A stretch of 17,513 nucleotides of DNA from contig CAWJBB010000056.1 in assembly GCA_963840855.1 (NCBI GenBank), positions 1 through 17,513 of the forward strand, in the 5' to 3' direction. Below, piece after piece: positions 1-7,559 of the stretch. The notes beneath the pieces are model-generated. The model was not told the origin of the DNA. It saw only the letters and a program-made list of their open reading frames with translations, and searched no databases. The DNA comes from an uncultured delta proteobacterium. GTDB taxonomy: Bacteria; Desulfobacterota; Binatia; UBA9968. A program made the translations under genes and the position numbers. The stretch's first letter is position 1. Each line of letters starts with the position of its first letter.

Positions 1-200
1 CAAACCGCCGACAATTGTCTTAGCCGCCTCTTCAGCCGTCACCGCGTTAGCCCCTTCGTCAATTTGAATAATGCGCTTAGCACCAATCCAGTGTCAGATC
101 AAGCCATTTTTCGCACCTCTCTTTCCTTTGCCTTTTTCTCGCTACTTAGTGTAAAAATCATAGACACCCAAAAAAAAGTCACTATGAAGGGAGATCACAG

Positions 201-803
201 ATGTTAAAGCTTTATGATTTCAAATCGTCGCCCAACTGCCAGCGCGTAAAGGTCGTCTTGGAGGAAAAGAAGATCCCCTACGAGACCGTAAACGTCGACC
301 TACGCGCCGGGGAACAAAAAACCCCCGATTATCTTAAGATCAATCCCTACGGCAAGGTGCCGGCCATCGCCGATGGCGACAACGTTCTGTACGAAAGCTG
401 CATCATCAATGAATATCTAGATGAAAAGTATCCGGCGACGCGGCTCATGCCCACTGACCCTGGGGCGCGGGCGAAAGCGCGCATCCTGGTCGATTTCGGC
501 CTGACGCAAATGGACTCGGCGTATACGAAGTTGCGCATGGAAATGACAAAGGACGAAAAGGAGCGCAACCAGGAGACCCTCAATGCGGCAAAAGAGGACA
601 TCAAGAAACGGCTCCAGCGTCTGGAACAAGAACTCGGTGATAAAGAGTATCTGATGGGTAATTTTTCCCTGGTTGACGCCGACTTGATCCCGCGCTTTAC
701 GCGGCTTGAAGGTTTTGGCGTGTTACCGGATCCCTCACTGCCCCGCCTGGGCAAATATCTGCAGAGAATGAAAGACCGCCCATCGGTTAAAACGATTCTT
801 TAG
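201..803 (+). CDS. Glutathione S-transferase family protein
   Basis: 200-aa ORF with GST N-terminal motifs SPNCQRV, INPYGKVP and LYESCIINEYLDE, plus C-terminal YLMGNFSLVD. RBS GGGAG at about 189-193. Confidence 0.93.
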   Translation: MLKLYDFKSSPNCQRVKVVLEEKKIPYETVNVDLRAGEQKTPDYLKINPYGKVPAIADGDNVLYESCIINEYLDEKYPATRLMPTDPGARAKARILVDFGLTQMDSAYTKLRMEMTKDEKERNQETLNAAKEDIKKRLQRLEQELGDKEYLMGNFSLVDADLIPRFTRLEGFGVLPDPSLPRLGKYLQRMKDRPSVKTIL

Positions 804-827
804 CGGCCCGCTGAATAACCTCTGATT

Positions 828-1005
828 GCAGGCTGCTCAAAGATCTCAGAGGCGAGGCGCGCGAATGAAATGGAGCGTTGGAGTAACGGAGTATTGGAGG
901 ATTGGGGCTCGAGCCCATCATTCCGCCACTCCAGTACTCCAGCACTCCAGTCACTATGAGGTGATCGCGCGCAACGAAGCATATGAGTCTTTTTCAGCAA
1001 CCTGC
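828..1005. mobile_element. MITE/REP-like non-coding element with imperfect terminal inverted repeats and an internal inverted 8-bp tandem array
   Basis: Left end GCAGGCTGCTCAAAGATCTCA (828-848) versus reverse complement of the right end GCAGGTTGCTGAAAAAGACTCA (984-1005). Inner inverted pair GCGCGCGA (857-864) / TCGCGCGC (965-972). TGGAGYRT-type units at 871-903 are mirrored by ACTCCAG units at about 926-950 around the perfect palindrome GGGCTCGAGCCC (905-916). No transposase is encoded. Confidence 0.65.
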
Positions 1006-3403
1006 TAGAGTCTTTTCGGCCCTGCTCCGTCCGTATCTTCGCCATCTCGCCAAACCTTCGCTGCCGCGCTACCGCGGCGAACTCGCTCTTCGCGGCCTAG
1101 AAAAACAAGTGAGTGTCTTCTGGCAGAGCGAAGGCATTCCCCATGTTTTCGCGGCGAATGAACATGATTTATTTTTCGCGCAAGGCTACCTGCATGCCCA
1201 GGAGAGGCTCTGGCAGATGGATTTCAACCGGCGCTTTCTCTCGGGACGCCTGGCCGAGATCCTCGGGCAGGTTGTCGTTCCGTGGCAAGAGCTCACCAGC
1301 CAATTTCGCGGCTGCGACAGCGTCGACGCCGATTATTTCATGCGCCTAATCGGCATCCGCCGCGCCGCGCTCGCGTCCGCCGGCATGCTTAGCGAGGAGG
1401 ATCGGCGGCGGCTTGAAGCCTATAGCGACGGCGTTAATAGATTCATCGAGCAATGCGGTAAACGTTTGCCGTTGGAGTTTCGCTTGCTGCATTATACACC
1501 CGATCCGTGGCGGCCCGAGGACACTCTCACAATCGGCAAAGGCTTTGCGTTTCTTCTGTCACTGCCGCTGTTCACGCGCCTGAACGCCATTGCGGTCGCG
1601 GCCAAGCTCGCCGGCGAGCCGGAAAAGCTGCACGACCTTTATCCGTTGGGTTACGACGGCAACTTTACGATTACTCACGCTATGTGGGATTCGACGCGGC
1701 ACCTCTGGCGTTTTACCGCGGGCATGCTCGCCGCAAACGATTGTTACCCCGCGGGGCACGGCAGCAACGCTTGGGTGATTGGCCCGAGCCGTTCCGATGC
1801 TGGCTGCGCGATTCTGTGCAACGATCCACACCTGCGCATGATGGTGCCATCGGTTTGGTACTTGATGCATTTGAAAGCCGACGCCGAGCCACCTCAAAAT
1901 GATAGCTACGAGGTCTGGGGCGCCTCTTTACCCGGCTGTCCGGGCATCCAGGTCGGGCACAACAGATGGATCACCTGGGGCATTACCGCGGCGCTGTGCG
2001 ACGATGTCGACGTTTATTGCGAGAAAATCCATCCGTTGGAGCCTGACCGCTACCAAATAGACGGCCGCTGGTTTTTGATGGACCGCCATGGCGAAAGCAT
2101 CCGCGTCAGGCGGAAAGGTTTGGTCGAGAAAACCGTACGCTGGACTCGCCACGGCCCGGTGATCAGCGATTTTGCTGGGCGACTATCAGGGCCGGAAGCC
2201 TTGAGCCTGCGCTGGACCGCCCATGAGGCGAGCCAGGATTTTAGCGGTCTCTATCGTCTTAATCGCGCGCGCAACTGGGATGAATTTCTCGAGGCGCTAT
2301 CCTATCAATCCGCCCCGAGCTTAAACTTCGTCTATGCCGACCGTCTGGGAAACATCGGCTACAGCCTCGCCGGCAAGGTTCCACTACGGAGCGGCGCGCC
2401 ATCGGTATTGCCGCGCGAGGGTTGGCGCGGCGAAAATGAATGGCGAGGTTTTGTGCCCTTTCGCGATTTGCCGCGCCTGTTCAATCCCTCTGAGGGCGCC
2501 ATCGCCAACGCCAATAATCAGATTGTGGATGACGCTTTCGAACATTATCTTTCGGGATTCTTCGAGCCCCCATATCGTGCACGGCGCATCCGCCAACTGC
2601 TCGCGGCAAGCGAGACCCACTCAATCAAGAACATGTCAGCCACGCAGGGTGATCTTGTTTCACTTCACGCCAGGGAACTAATTGCGACCCTCAGCGCCGA
2701 GCTAGCGGCAATACGCGCCGATGGAAGCGATCTCATGGCCGCCGCCGATTACCTGCTTCGTTGGGACGGTCACTGCGGTACGGATAGCGTCGCAGCGACA
2801 ATCTTCCATGTGTTTCATCACCAGCTTATCAAGAGCCTCCTGGTTCCAGCTTTGAGCGAAGAGTTCTTCGTTACCTACGTCGAAATTATCAATCAGAGCA
2901 TTATACCTATCGATAAGATTCTGGGTAACCCGGCCTCACCCTGGTTTACCGAGCGGCCACGCGGAGAACTGGTGCGCTCGGCCCTGGCCGAGGCCTGCGC
3001 CAAACTCACGGAATCTCTCGGTCCGGAGCAAGTTCACTGGCAGTGGGGCAAGCTCCATACCTTGACTTTGAATCACGCTTTCAGCCGGATCGGCTTCTTA
3101 CGTCCAGTTTTCTCGGTAGGGCCCTTCCCCTCTGGCGGCGACAACTTTACGATCAATCTTGGCTTTTACCGTCATTCAAACCCTTATCAACATACCGTCG
3201 GTCCCTCCATGAGAATGATCGTCGAGACCGGGCCAAGTATTCGGTCAAAGTTCATCCTCCCGTCAGGCCAATCCGGTCATCCCTTCTCTCAACACTTCCG
3301 TGACCAAACGGCGCGATGGCAAAGGCAGGACTACATCGAACTCAGTGGCAACGAAGAACAAATTCGCCATTGGCCACTGCTCTTACTAAAACCAGCGAGC
3401 TAG
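983..3403 (+). CDS. Penicillin acylase family protein (Ntn hydrolase; penicillin amidase/AHL acylase-like)
   Basis: 806 aa. Motifs GIPHVFA, AQGYLHAQERLWQMDFNRR, beta-chain start G-SNAWVIG (Ser261, codon 1763-1765), LCNDPHL, TRHGPVIS, NFVYADRLGNIGY, PSGQSGHPFSQHFRDQ. Start is uncertain because the ATG lies inside the repeat element. Confidence 0.93.
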   Translation: MSLFQQPARVFSALLRPYLRHLAKPSLPRYRGELALRGLEKQVSVFWQSEGIPHVFAANEHDLFFAQGYLHAQERLWQMDFNRRFLSGRLAEILGQVVVPWQELTSQFRGCDSVDADYFMRLIGIRRAALASAGMLSEEDRRRLEAYSDGVNRFIEQCGKRLPLEFRLLHYTPDPWRPEDTLTIGKGFAFLLSLPLFTRLNAIAVAAKLAGEPEKLHDLYPLGYDGNFTITHAMWDSTRHLWRFTAGMLAANDCYPAGHGSNAWVIGPSRSDAGCAILCNDPHLRMMVPSVWYLMHLKADAEPPQNDSYEVWGASLPGCPGIQVGHNRWITWGITAALCDDVDVYCEKIHPLEPDRYQIDGRWFLMDRHGESIRVRRKGLVEKTVRWTRHGPVISDFAGRLSGPEALSLRWTAHEASQDFSGLYRLNRARNWDEFLEALSYQSAPSLNFVYADRLGNIGYSLAGKVPLRSGAPSVLPREGWRGENEWRGFVPFRDLPRLFNPSEGAIANANNQIVDDAFEHYLSGFFEPPYRARRIRQLLAASETHSIKNMSATQGDLVSLHARELIATLSAELAAIRADGSDLMAAADYLLRWDGHCGTDSVAATIFHVFHHQLIKSLLVPALSEEFFVTYVEIINQSIIPIDKILGNPASPWFTERPRGELVRSALAEACAKLTESLGPEQVHWQWGKLHTLTLNHAFSRIGFLRPVFSVGPFPSGGDNFTINLGFYRHSNPYQHTVGPSMRMIVETGPSIRSKFILPSGQSGHPFSQHFRDQTARWQRQDYIELSGNEEQIRHWPLLLLKPAS

Positions 3404-3442
3404 AAACAGCGGCCGACGGCGCGACTAAAATTGCCGGTTTGG

Positions 3443-3469
3443 GGAATAAATTCCGTTGGCGGGTTGTTT
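3443..3469 (+). promoter_or_regulatory. Putative ECF sigma-dependent (autoregulatory) promoter
   Basis: GGAATAAA (3443-3450), 15 nt, GTTT (3466-3469), directly upstream of the ECF sigma gene. Resembles the GGAATA...GTT promoters of PrtI-like/ECF26 sigma factors. Confidence 0.5.
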
Positions 3470-3536
3470 GCTCATGAAAAGGTTTCTCGCGAGATCGCGC
3501 GGCCCGCGTCATAATGAGCGAGGAGTCGAGACGACC

Positions 3537-4043
3537 GTGGCGGATGCTGACGGCATAATCAACTACATTCCGCAACTACGCCGCTACGCAAGAGCGTTGA
3601 CCGGTGATTTCACCTCGGCGGAAGACCTAGTGCAGGATACCATCGAGAGGGGTTGGAAGCGCATGGCACTTTGGCGTCCGGGCAGCGACCTGCGCGCTTG
3701 GCTCTTCACAATTATGCACAATCTTTATGTCAACCAACTCAAGGCCGGACGACGGCGCACGAGTCAGGGCATCGGGCATAACGAAGTTGATTTGCAAGTT
3801 TCGCCGACACACGACAATCAGCTCGAGTTAATCGACCTGAACAAATTCCTGCAGCGATTGCCCCATGAACAAAGGGAAGTCGTATTATTGATTGGGTTAG
3901 AACAGCTGTCCTATGACGAAGCAGCAAAGGTCCTCGGCGTGCCTATCGGCACCGTCATGTCCCGTTTGTCCCGCGGCCGCGAACAACTGCGCTCGATGAT
4001 GAACAGAGGCAGTTCTGCGGCGCAACTCAAGGTGATCAAATGA
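3537..4043 (+). CDS. ECF (sigma-70 family) RNA polymerase sigma factor, PrtI/ECF26-like
   Basis: Region 2: LRRYARALTGD..AEDLVQDT...LRAWLFTIMHN. Region 4: LSYDEAAKVLGVPIGTVMSRLSRGRE. Start taken as GTG 3537 behind GAGGAG (3520-3525); in-frame ATG 3474 is an alternative. Confidence 0.93.
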   Translation: MADADGIINYIPQLRRYARALTGDFTSAEDLVQDTIERGWKRMALWRPGSDLRAWLFTIMHNLYVNQLKAGRRRTSQGIGHNEVDLQVSPTHDNQLELIDLNKFLQRLPHEQREVVLLIGLEQLSYDEAAKVLGVPIGTVMSRLSRGREQLRSMMNRGSSAAQLKVIK

Positions 4044-4801
4044 CCACCCAAAGCGCAGCCGTATCAGAAACTGACTTACACGCTTATGTTGACGGCGGGC
4101 TGGCGCAGGAACGCCGGGGCGAAGTGGAAACTTTTCTCTCCGGCAATCCACAGGAACAGGCGCGGGTGCAAGCTTACCAGGAGCAAAATCGGATACTGCA
4201 TGCTTTCTTCGACCCAGTGCTAGCTGAACCTGTCCCAGCGAAGTGGCAAACTTTGGCGCGCCGCTGGCCCTTCCCGGCAAAAGCCGTTGCCGCGGCCCTG
4301 GCTTGGATCGTTGTCGGGGGAATATTGGGTTGGTTTCTGCGCGGAGAAACAACCAGCAGGTCAGCAAAGGACGTTGATTTTGCCCGGCAGGCGGCCCTCG
4401 CCCATACGGTTTACACCCCAGAAGTGCGCCACCCCGTGGAAGTAACCGCGGAGCAGGAAGAACACCTGGTAAACTGGCTCTCAAAGCGGTTGGGCGGTAA
4501 GCTCAGAGTCCCGCACCTGGTCGATCTCGGCTTCGAACTAGTGGGTGGACGCTTGCTTCCGGGCGATCAGGGACCAGTGGCGCAGTTCATGTACCAGGAC
4601 CCAAGCGGCAAGCGCTTGACCCTGTACGTAAAGACCGATCCCAGCTCAGAGCGTGAAACTGCTTTCCGATATTCCCAACAAGGAAAGGTCGCTGTATTTT
4701 ATTGGCTCGACCGTCGTCTAAGCTATGCGCTGTCCGGAGAGATGCCGAAAGACGAGCTTTTAAAGGTCGCCAACGCGATATACCAGAGGCTTAATCCCTA
4801 G
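4040..4801 (+). CDS. Transmembrane anti-sigma factor (PrtR/RsiW-like)
   Basis: ATGA overlap with the sigma gene. N-terminal DLHAYVDGGL, one TM helix (AVAAALAWIVVGGILGWFL), and C-terminal AHTVYTPEVRHPVEV...HLVNWLSKRLG...LVGGRLLP...AQFMYQD...RLTLY. Confidence 0.92.
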   Translation: MTTQSAAVSETDLHAYVDGGLAQERRGEVETFLSGNPQEQARVQAYQEQNRILHAFFDPVLAEPVPAKWQTLARRWPFPAKAVAAALAWIVVGGILGWFLRGETTSRSAKDVDFARQAALAHTVYTPEVRHPVEVTAEQEEHLVNWLSKRLGGKLRVPHLVDLGFELVGGRLLPGDQGPVAQFMYQDPSGKRLTLYVKTDPSSERETAFRYSQQGKVAVFYWLDRRLSYALSGEMPKDELLKVANAIYQRLNP

Positions 4802-4854
4802 TTTGAGCCATAATGGCAAAGCTGGCCGCAGAGGGCAAAAGCGCCCGTAGTTTA

Positions 4855-4885
4855 ATTTGACAATTTGTCAAATGTACGGCATAAA
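4855..4885 (+). promoter_or_regulatory. Sigma70-type promoter overlapped by a perfect 9-1-9 inverted repeat (candidate operator)
   Basis: TTGACA (4857-4862), 17 nt, CATAAA (4880-4885). ATTTGACAA-T-TTGTCAAAT (4855-4873) covers the -35 element. Confidence 0.6.
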
Positions 4886-4924
4886 GGGCCGCTCGTTAAC
4901 AAACGTTTGGCAAGGAGATTTCAT

Positions 4925-5470
4925 ATGGCACACGTTAGAAATGCGATGTTGGCCGGGATATTCAGTGCCCTCATGACACTGTTTTCGGTCTCTTCTATTG
5001 CGGCCGTCGAAGTGGGGCAACCCGCTCCCGATTTCGAACTTGACAGCACCTCGGGTGGCAAGCTCAAATTGAGTAGCCTGAAAGGTAAAAACGTACTCAT
5101 CAATTTCTACGTGCTCGATTTTAGCCCAACCTGAATCAAGGACCTTCAGGCGTCCGGTTCGGACAATCTTGCGATGTTTAAGGCCGAGAACACTGAAGTC
5201 TTAGGGATTAGCGCCAACGCCACGTTTTCTCAGAAGGCATTCGTGGATTTCGCCAAAATCAACTACCCACTACTGAGCGATAGAGACGGTAAAGTGATGC
5301 AGTCGTACGGCGTCTATGACGAGCCGAGAAAACTCGCCAAACGTTCCTACATCATTATCGATAAAGAGGGGGTGATCCAGTATCTCAACATTCGACCGAC
5401 GAACACAGAGAAAGATTTGCTCTCGACTGAACAGCTTTTAAGTGAAGTGAAGAAAGTCAACAAAAAATAG
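4925..5470 (+). CDS. Selenocysteine-containing peroxiredoxin-like protein (AhpC/TSA, AhpE/BCP-like) with N-terminal signal peptide, 181 aa
   Basis: Track ORFs 4865-5134 and 5174-5470 are in one frame, separated only by TGA 5132-5134. Read-through gives ...LINFYVLDFSPT-U-IKDLQASGSDNLAMFKAENTEVLGIS..., placing the UGA at the peroxidatic Cys position. The catalytic Arg region (AKRSYIIIDKEGVI) is retained. RBS AAGGAG (4912-4917) precedes ATG 4925. Confidence 0.88.
5135..5175 (+). promoter_or_regulatory. Putative bacterial SECIS hairpin of the peroxiredoxin
   Basis: Upper stem GTCCG (5152-5156) / CGGAC (5160-5164), with a G-initial loop GTT starting 22 nt after the UGA. Lower stem CAAGG (5137-5141) / TCTTG (5167-5171). 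Confidence 0.7.
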
Positions 5471-5512
5471 ACGTTAACGAATTCCACAAAAGGAAAGGAG
5501 ATATCAATCTTT

Positions 5513-5958
5513 ATGGGCAAATACTTTTTGATCGCGGCGGCGATCTTCACGACTTTGGTATTCTCTTCGCAGGCGTTCGCGCAGGCCGATGTCATTGAGA
5601 AGCGCCAGCAACTAATGAAAGGCCAGAGCGCTGCTGCCAAGGCGATAAAAGGCGCCGTCGAGTCAAAAGACTACGCGACTGTGGAAACCAAGGCCAAGGA
5701 AATCATGGGCACCGCCGCCAAAATTGTTGACCACGTTTCCCAAAGGGAAGCACACAGGAAAAACTAAGGCAACTGCGGCAATTTGGGAAAAATCGGATGA
5801 TTTTGCCACCAACGCCAAGAACTTGAACAAAGCGGCCGGTGAGCTCGCAGCCGCGGCCAAGAGCGACGACGCGGGAGCGTGACGCTAAGGTCAAAGCTGT
5901 AGCCGCAGCTTGCGACACTTGCCACAAAGAGTTCCGGGCCGCCAAATATTCCGAATAA
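5513..5958 (+). pseudogene. Cytochrome c' / c556 (class II cytochrome c), interrupted by at least two frameshifts (sequence error or pseudogene)
   Basis: First frame: signal peptide then VIEKRQQLMK. After a +1 shift near 5732-5736: FPKG...TKATAAIWEKSDDF...ELAAAAKS. After a second +1 shift near 5880: DAKVKAVAAA-CDTCH-KEFRAAKYSE*, with CxxCH at 5911-5925 and TAA at 5956-5958. Confidence 0.85.
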
Positions 5959-6008
5959 CGTTTCCTTAATTTTTTATTCCACCCGCCGGCGAAAACATTG
6001 ATTTTCCC

Positions 6009-6046
6009 AGGAAAGCCCTTGCGTTGGTAAGGGCTTTCTTGTGTTT
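6009..6046 (+). terminator. Probable intrinsic terminator after the peroxiredoxin-cytochrome c' unit
   Basis: GAAAGCCCTT (6011-6020), 8-nt loop, AAGGGCTTTC (6029-6038), followed by TTGTGTTT. Confidence 0.6.
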
Positions 6047-6077
6047 CGCCCGGTTCTTGGTAAACTCGTTCAATTTC

Positions 6078-7104
6078 ATGTCGTTTTGGAGGTTTACGTC
6101 GTGTCGAATACGTGCTTATTTTTTTGCGCTTTTAATCTTGCTCGCTTTAGCTTGCGGCCGCCCCCGCAACTGCCCAGCTTACCCGGCTTAACGTCGGCTA
6201 TAGCGCTGTCAGCGCCGACCAGTTGCCGGCCTGGGTTGCCAAGGACAGCGGCATCTTCACCAAGAACGGCCTGGAAGTGCAGTTGATTTTTTTCACCGGC
6301 GGCACGACGGCCATTCTCGCGCTGGTCTCGGGTGATGTGCCGATTACCCAGGTGTCCGGACCCGGCCTGGTAAGCAGTTCTCTGGCGGGTTCCGACTCGG
6401 TGTTCGTCGCTTCTGGCATTACTTCCCTCAACTACGTACTGATGGGCAGGCAAGGAGTCAAAACCACGGAACAACTTAAAGGCGGAACCCTGGCGATTAG
6501 CCGGTTCGGTTCGGCCACCGACTCCATCGCCCGTTTTGCGCTGCGGAACGTGGGGCTCACGCCGGGCAAAGATGTAACGCTCGTGCAGGTAGGCAGCGGA
6601 CCTGAGCGCCTCAACGCGTTGGTAACCGGCAAAGTAACCGCGGCGGTCATCAACCCTCCTTCCAGCTTCATGGCCGAAAAGCGCGGCCTCGCGGTGCTCG
6701 CGGATGTGGCGAAGATGGGGTTGGTGTTTCAGCACACCGGCGCGGCAACCACCAAAAAATATATCCGCGAGCACCAGGACACAGTTCGCCGCTACGTCAA
6801 GGCTCACGTTGAAGCAGTGCACAAAATGTGGACGGACAAGGAAGCCACCATCCGTGCCATCGGTAAACACATGCCGGGCGTAGAACGAGAGTTTCTGGAG
6901 AAGAGCTACGAAAACGTCATGAGCGAAACGCTATTTTCGAAAAAGCAGTATCCGAGCCTAGAGGGCTTGAAGACGGTTCTCAACGAGATTGCGGAGCGGG
7001 ACCCGCGGGCGAAGAGCGCCAAACCCGAACAATTCGCCGATTCAAGTTTTATCAGGGAACTTGACCAGAGCGGCTATATCGACAGCCTCTATAAGAAAAA
7101 ATGA
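6078..7104 (+). CDS. ABC transporter substrate-binding protein (NMT1/THI5, SsuA/TauA-like), 5' end frameshifted
   Basis: The main frame is open from 6151 (LAAAPATAQLTRLNVGYSAVSADQLPAWVAKDSGIFTKNGLEVQL...) to TGA 7102-7104. The signal peptide (RIRAYFFALLILLALA) is in another frame starting at ATG 6078. GTG 6101 behind GGAGG (6088-6092) is an alternative start that needs a further shift. Confidence 0.85.
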
Positions 7105-7107
7105 CTC

Positions 7108-7207
7108 CGTTCAAATCGTTCAAGCCGTTCAAGCGATTCAAATCGTCTCGATTCATCCAATCCAAAACGGCTTGAACTGTTTCAACGTTTTGAACCGCTT
7201 GAACGAT
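7108..7207. repeat. Inverted 9-bp tandem array (CGTTCAARY units), copy 1
   Basis: CGTTCAAAT CGTTCAAGC CGTTCAAGC GATTCAAAT (7108-7143) is mirrored by GCTTGAACT GTTTCAACG TTTTGAACC GCTTGAACG (7170-7205). Confidence 0.85.
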
Positions 7208-7216
7208 ACGTTTTAG

Positions 7217-7480
7217 ATGCTCACCGACAAGAAGGGCGAGGAGGCCGCGCGGGAAATCGCTGCCTGGGCGAATCGTATTTCGTCTACCGTTGACAAGGAG
7301 CTCACCGTAGATGTCCACGACGACCACCCTGACTCGAACACTTACTTGATCCGACTTGGCAAAGGCGCCCGTGTCCTGCTCTTCCGCTTATCCTATGGCC
7401 AGGCGCACGGCGACGGGCGGGAAGCCGAATGCGAACGCACCCTGAGGCGTAAAATTAAAGACCTGGCGAATTTGATTTAG
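7217..7480 (+). CDS. Small hypothetical protein (87 aa)
   Basis: ATG-started ORF that fills the gap between two repeat elements and has protein-like composition. No recognised motif and no clear RBS. Confidence 0.65.
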   Translation: MLTDKKGEEAAREIAAWANRISSTVDKELTVDVHDDHPDSNTYLIRLGKGARVLLFRLSYGQAHGDGREAECERTLRRKIKDLANLI

Positions 7481-7486
7481 AATTTC

Positions 7487-7559
7487 CGTTCAAACCATTT
7501 CAAACGTTCGAGTCATTCAAATCGTCTCAGGGCACTCGCGAATCGAACGTTTTGAACTG
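7487..7559. repeat. Inverted 9-bp tandem array, copy 2 (degenerate)
   Basis: CGTTCAAAC CATTTCAAA CGTTCGAGT CATTCAAAT (7487-7522), then TCGAACGTTTTGAAC. Shares the exact strings ATTCAAATCGTCTC and AACGTTTTGAAC with copy 1. Confidence 0.8.

Noticed and set aside
800-1045. Short ORFs 826-1008 (+) and 800-1045 (-)
   Set aside because: They are translations of the repeat element (WSVGVTEYW / SNTPLLQ patterns) and are not supported as genes.
5880-5882. TGA in cytochrome c' as selenocysteine
   Set aside because: The CxxCH-containing continuation is in a different frame, so this is a frameshift rather than read-through.
6094-6870. 258-aa antisense ORF, and similar long antisense ORFs over the hem genes, SDR and anti-sigma
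   Set aside because: They lie opposite well-supported genes, as expected from GC-rich codon bias, and show no motifs.
7108-7559. CRISPR array
   Set aside because: Units are 9-bp degenerate tandem repeats with no constant 23-47-bp repeat or unique spacers, and there are no cas genes.
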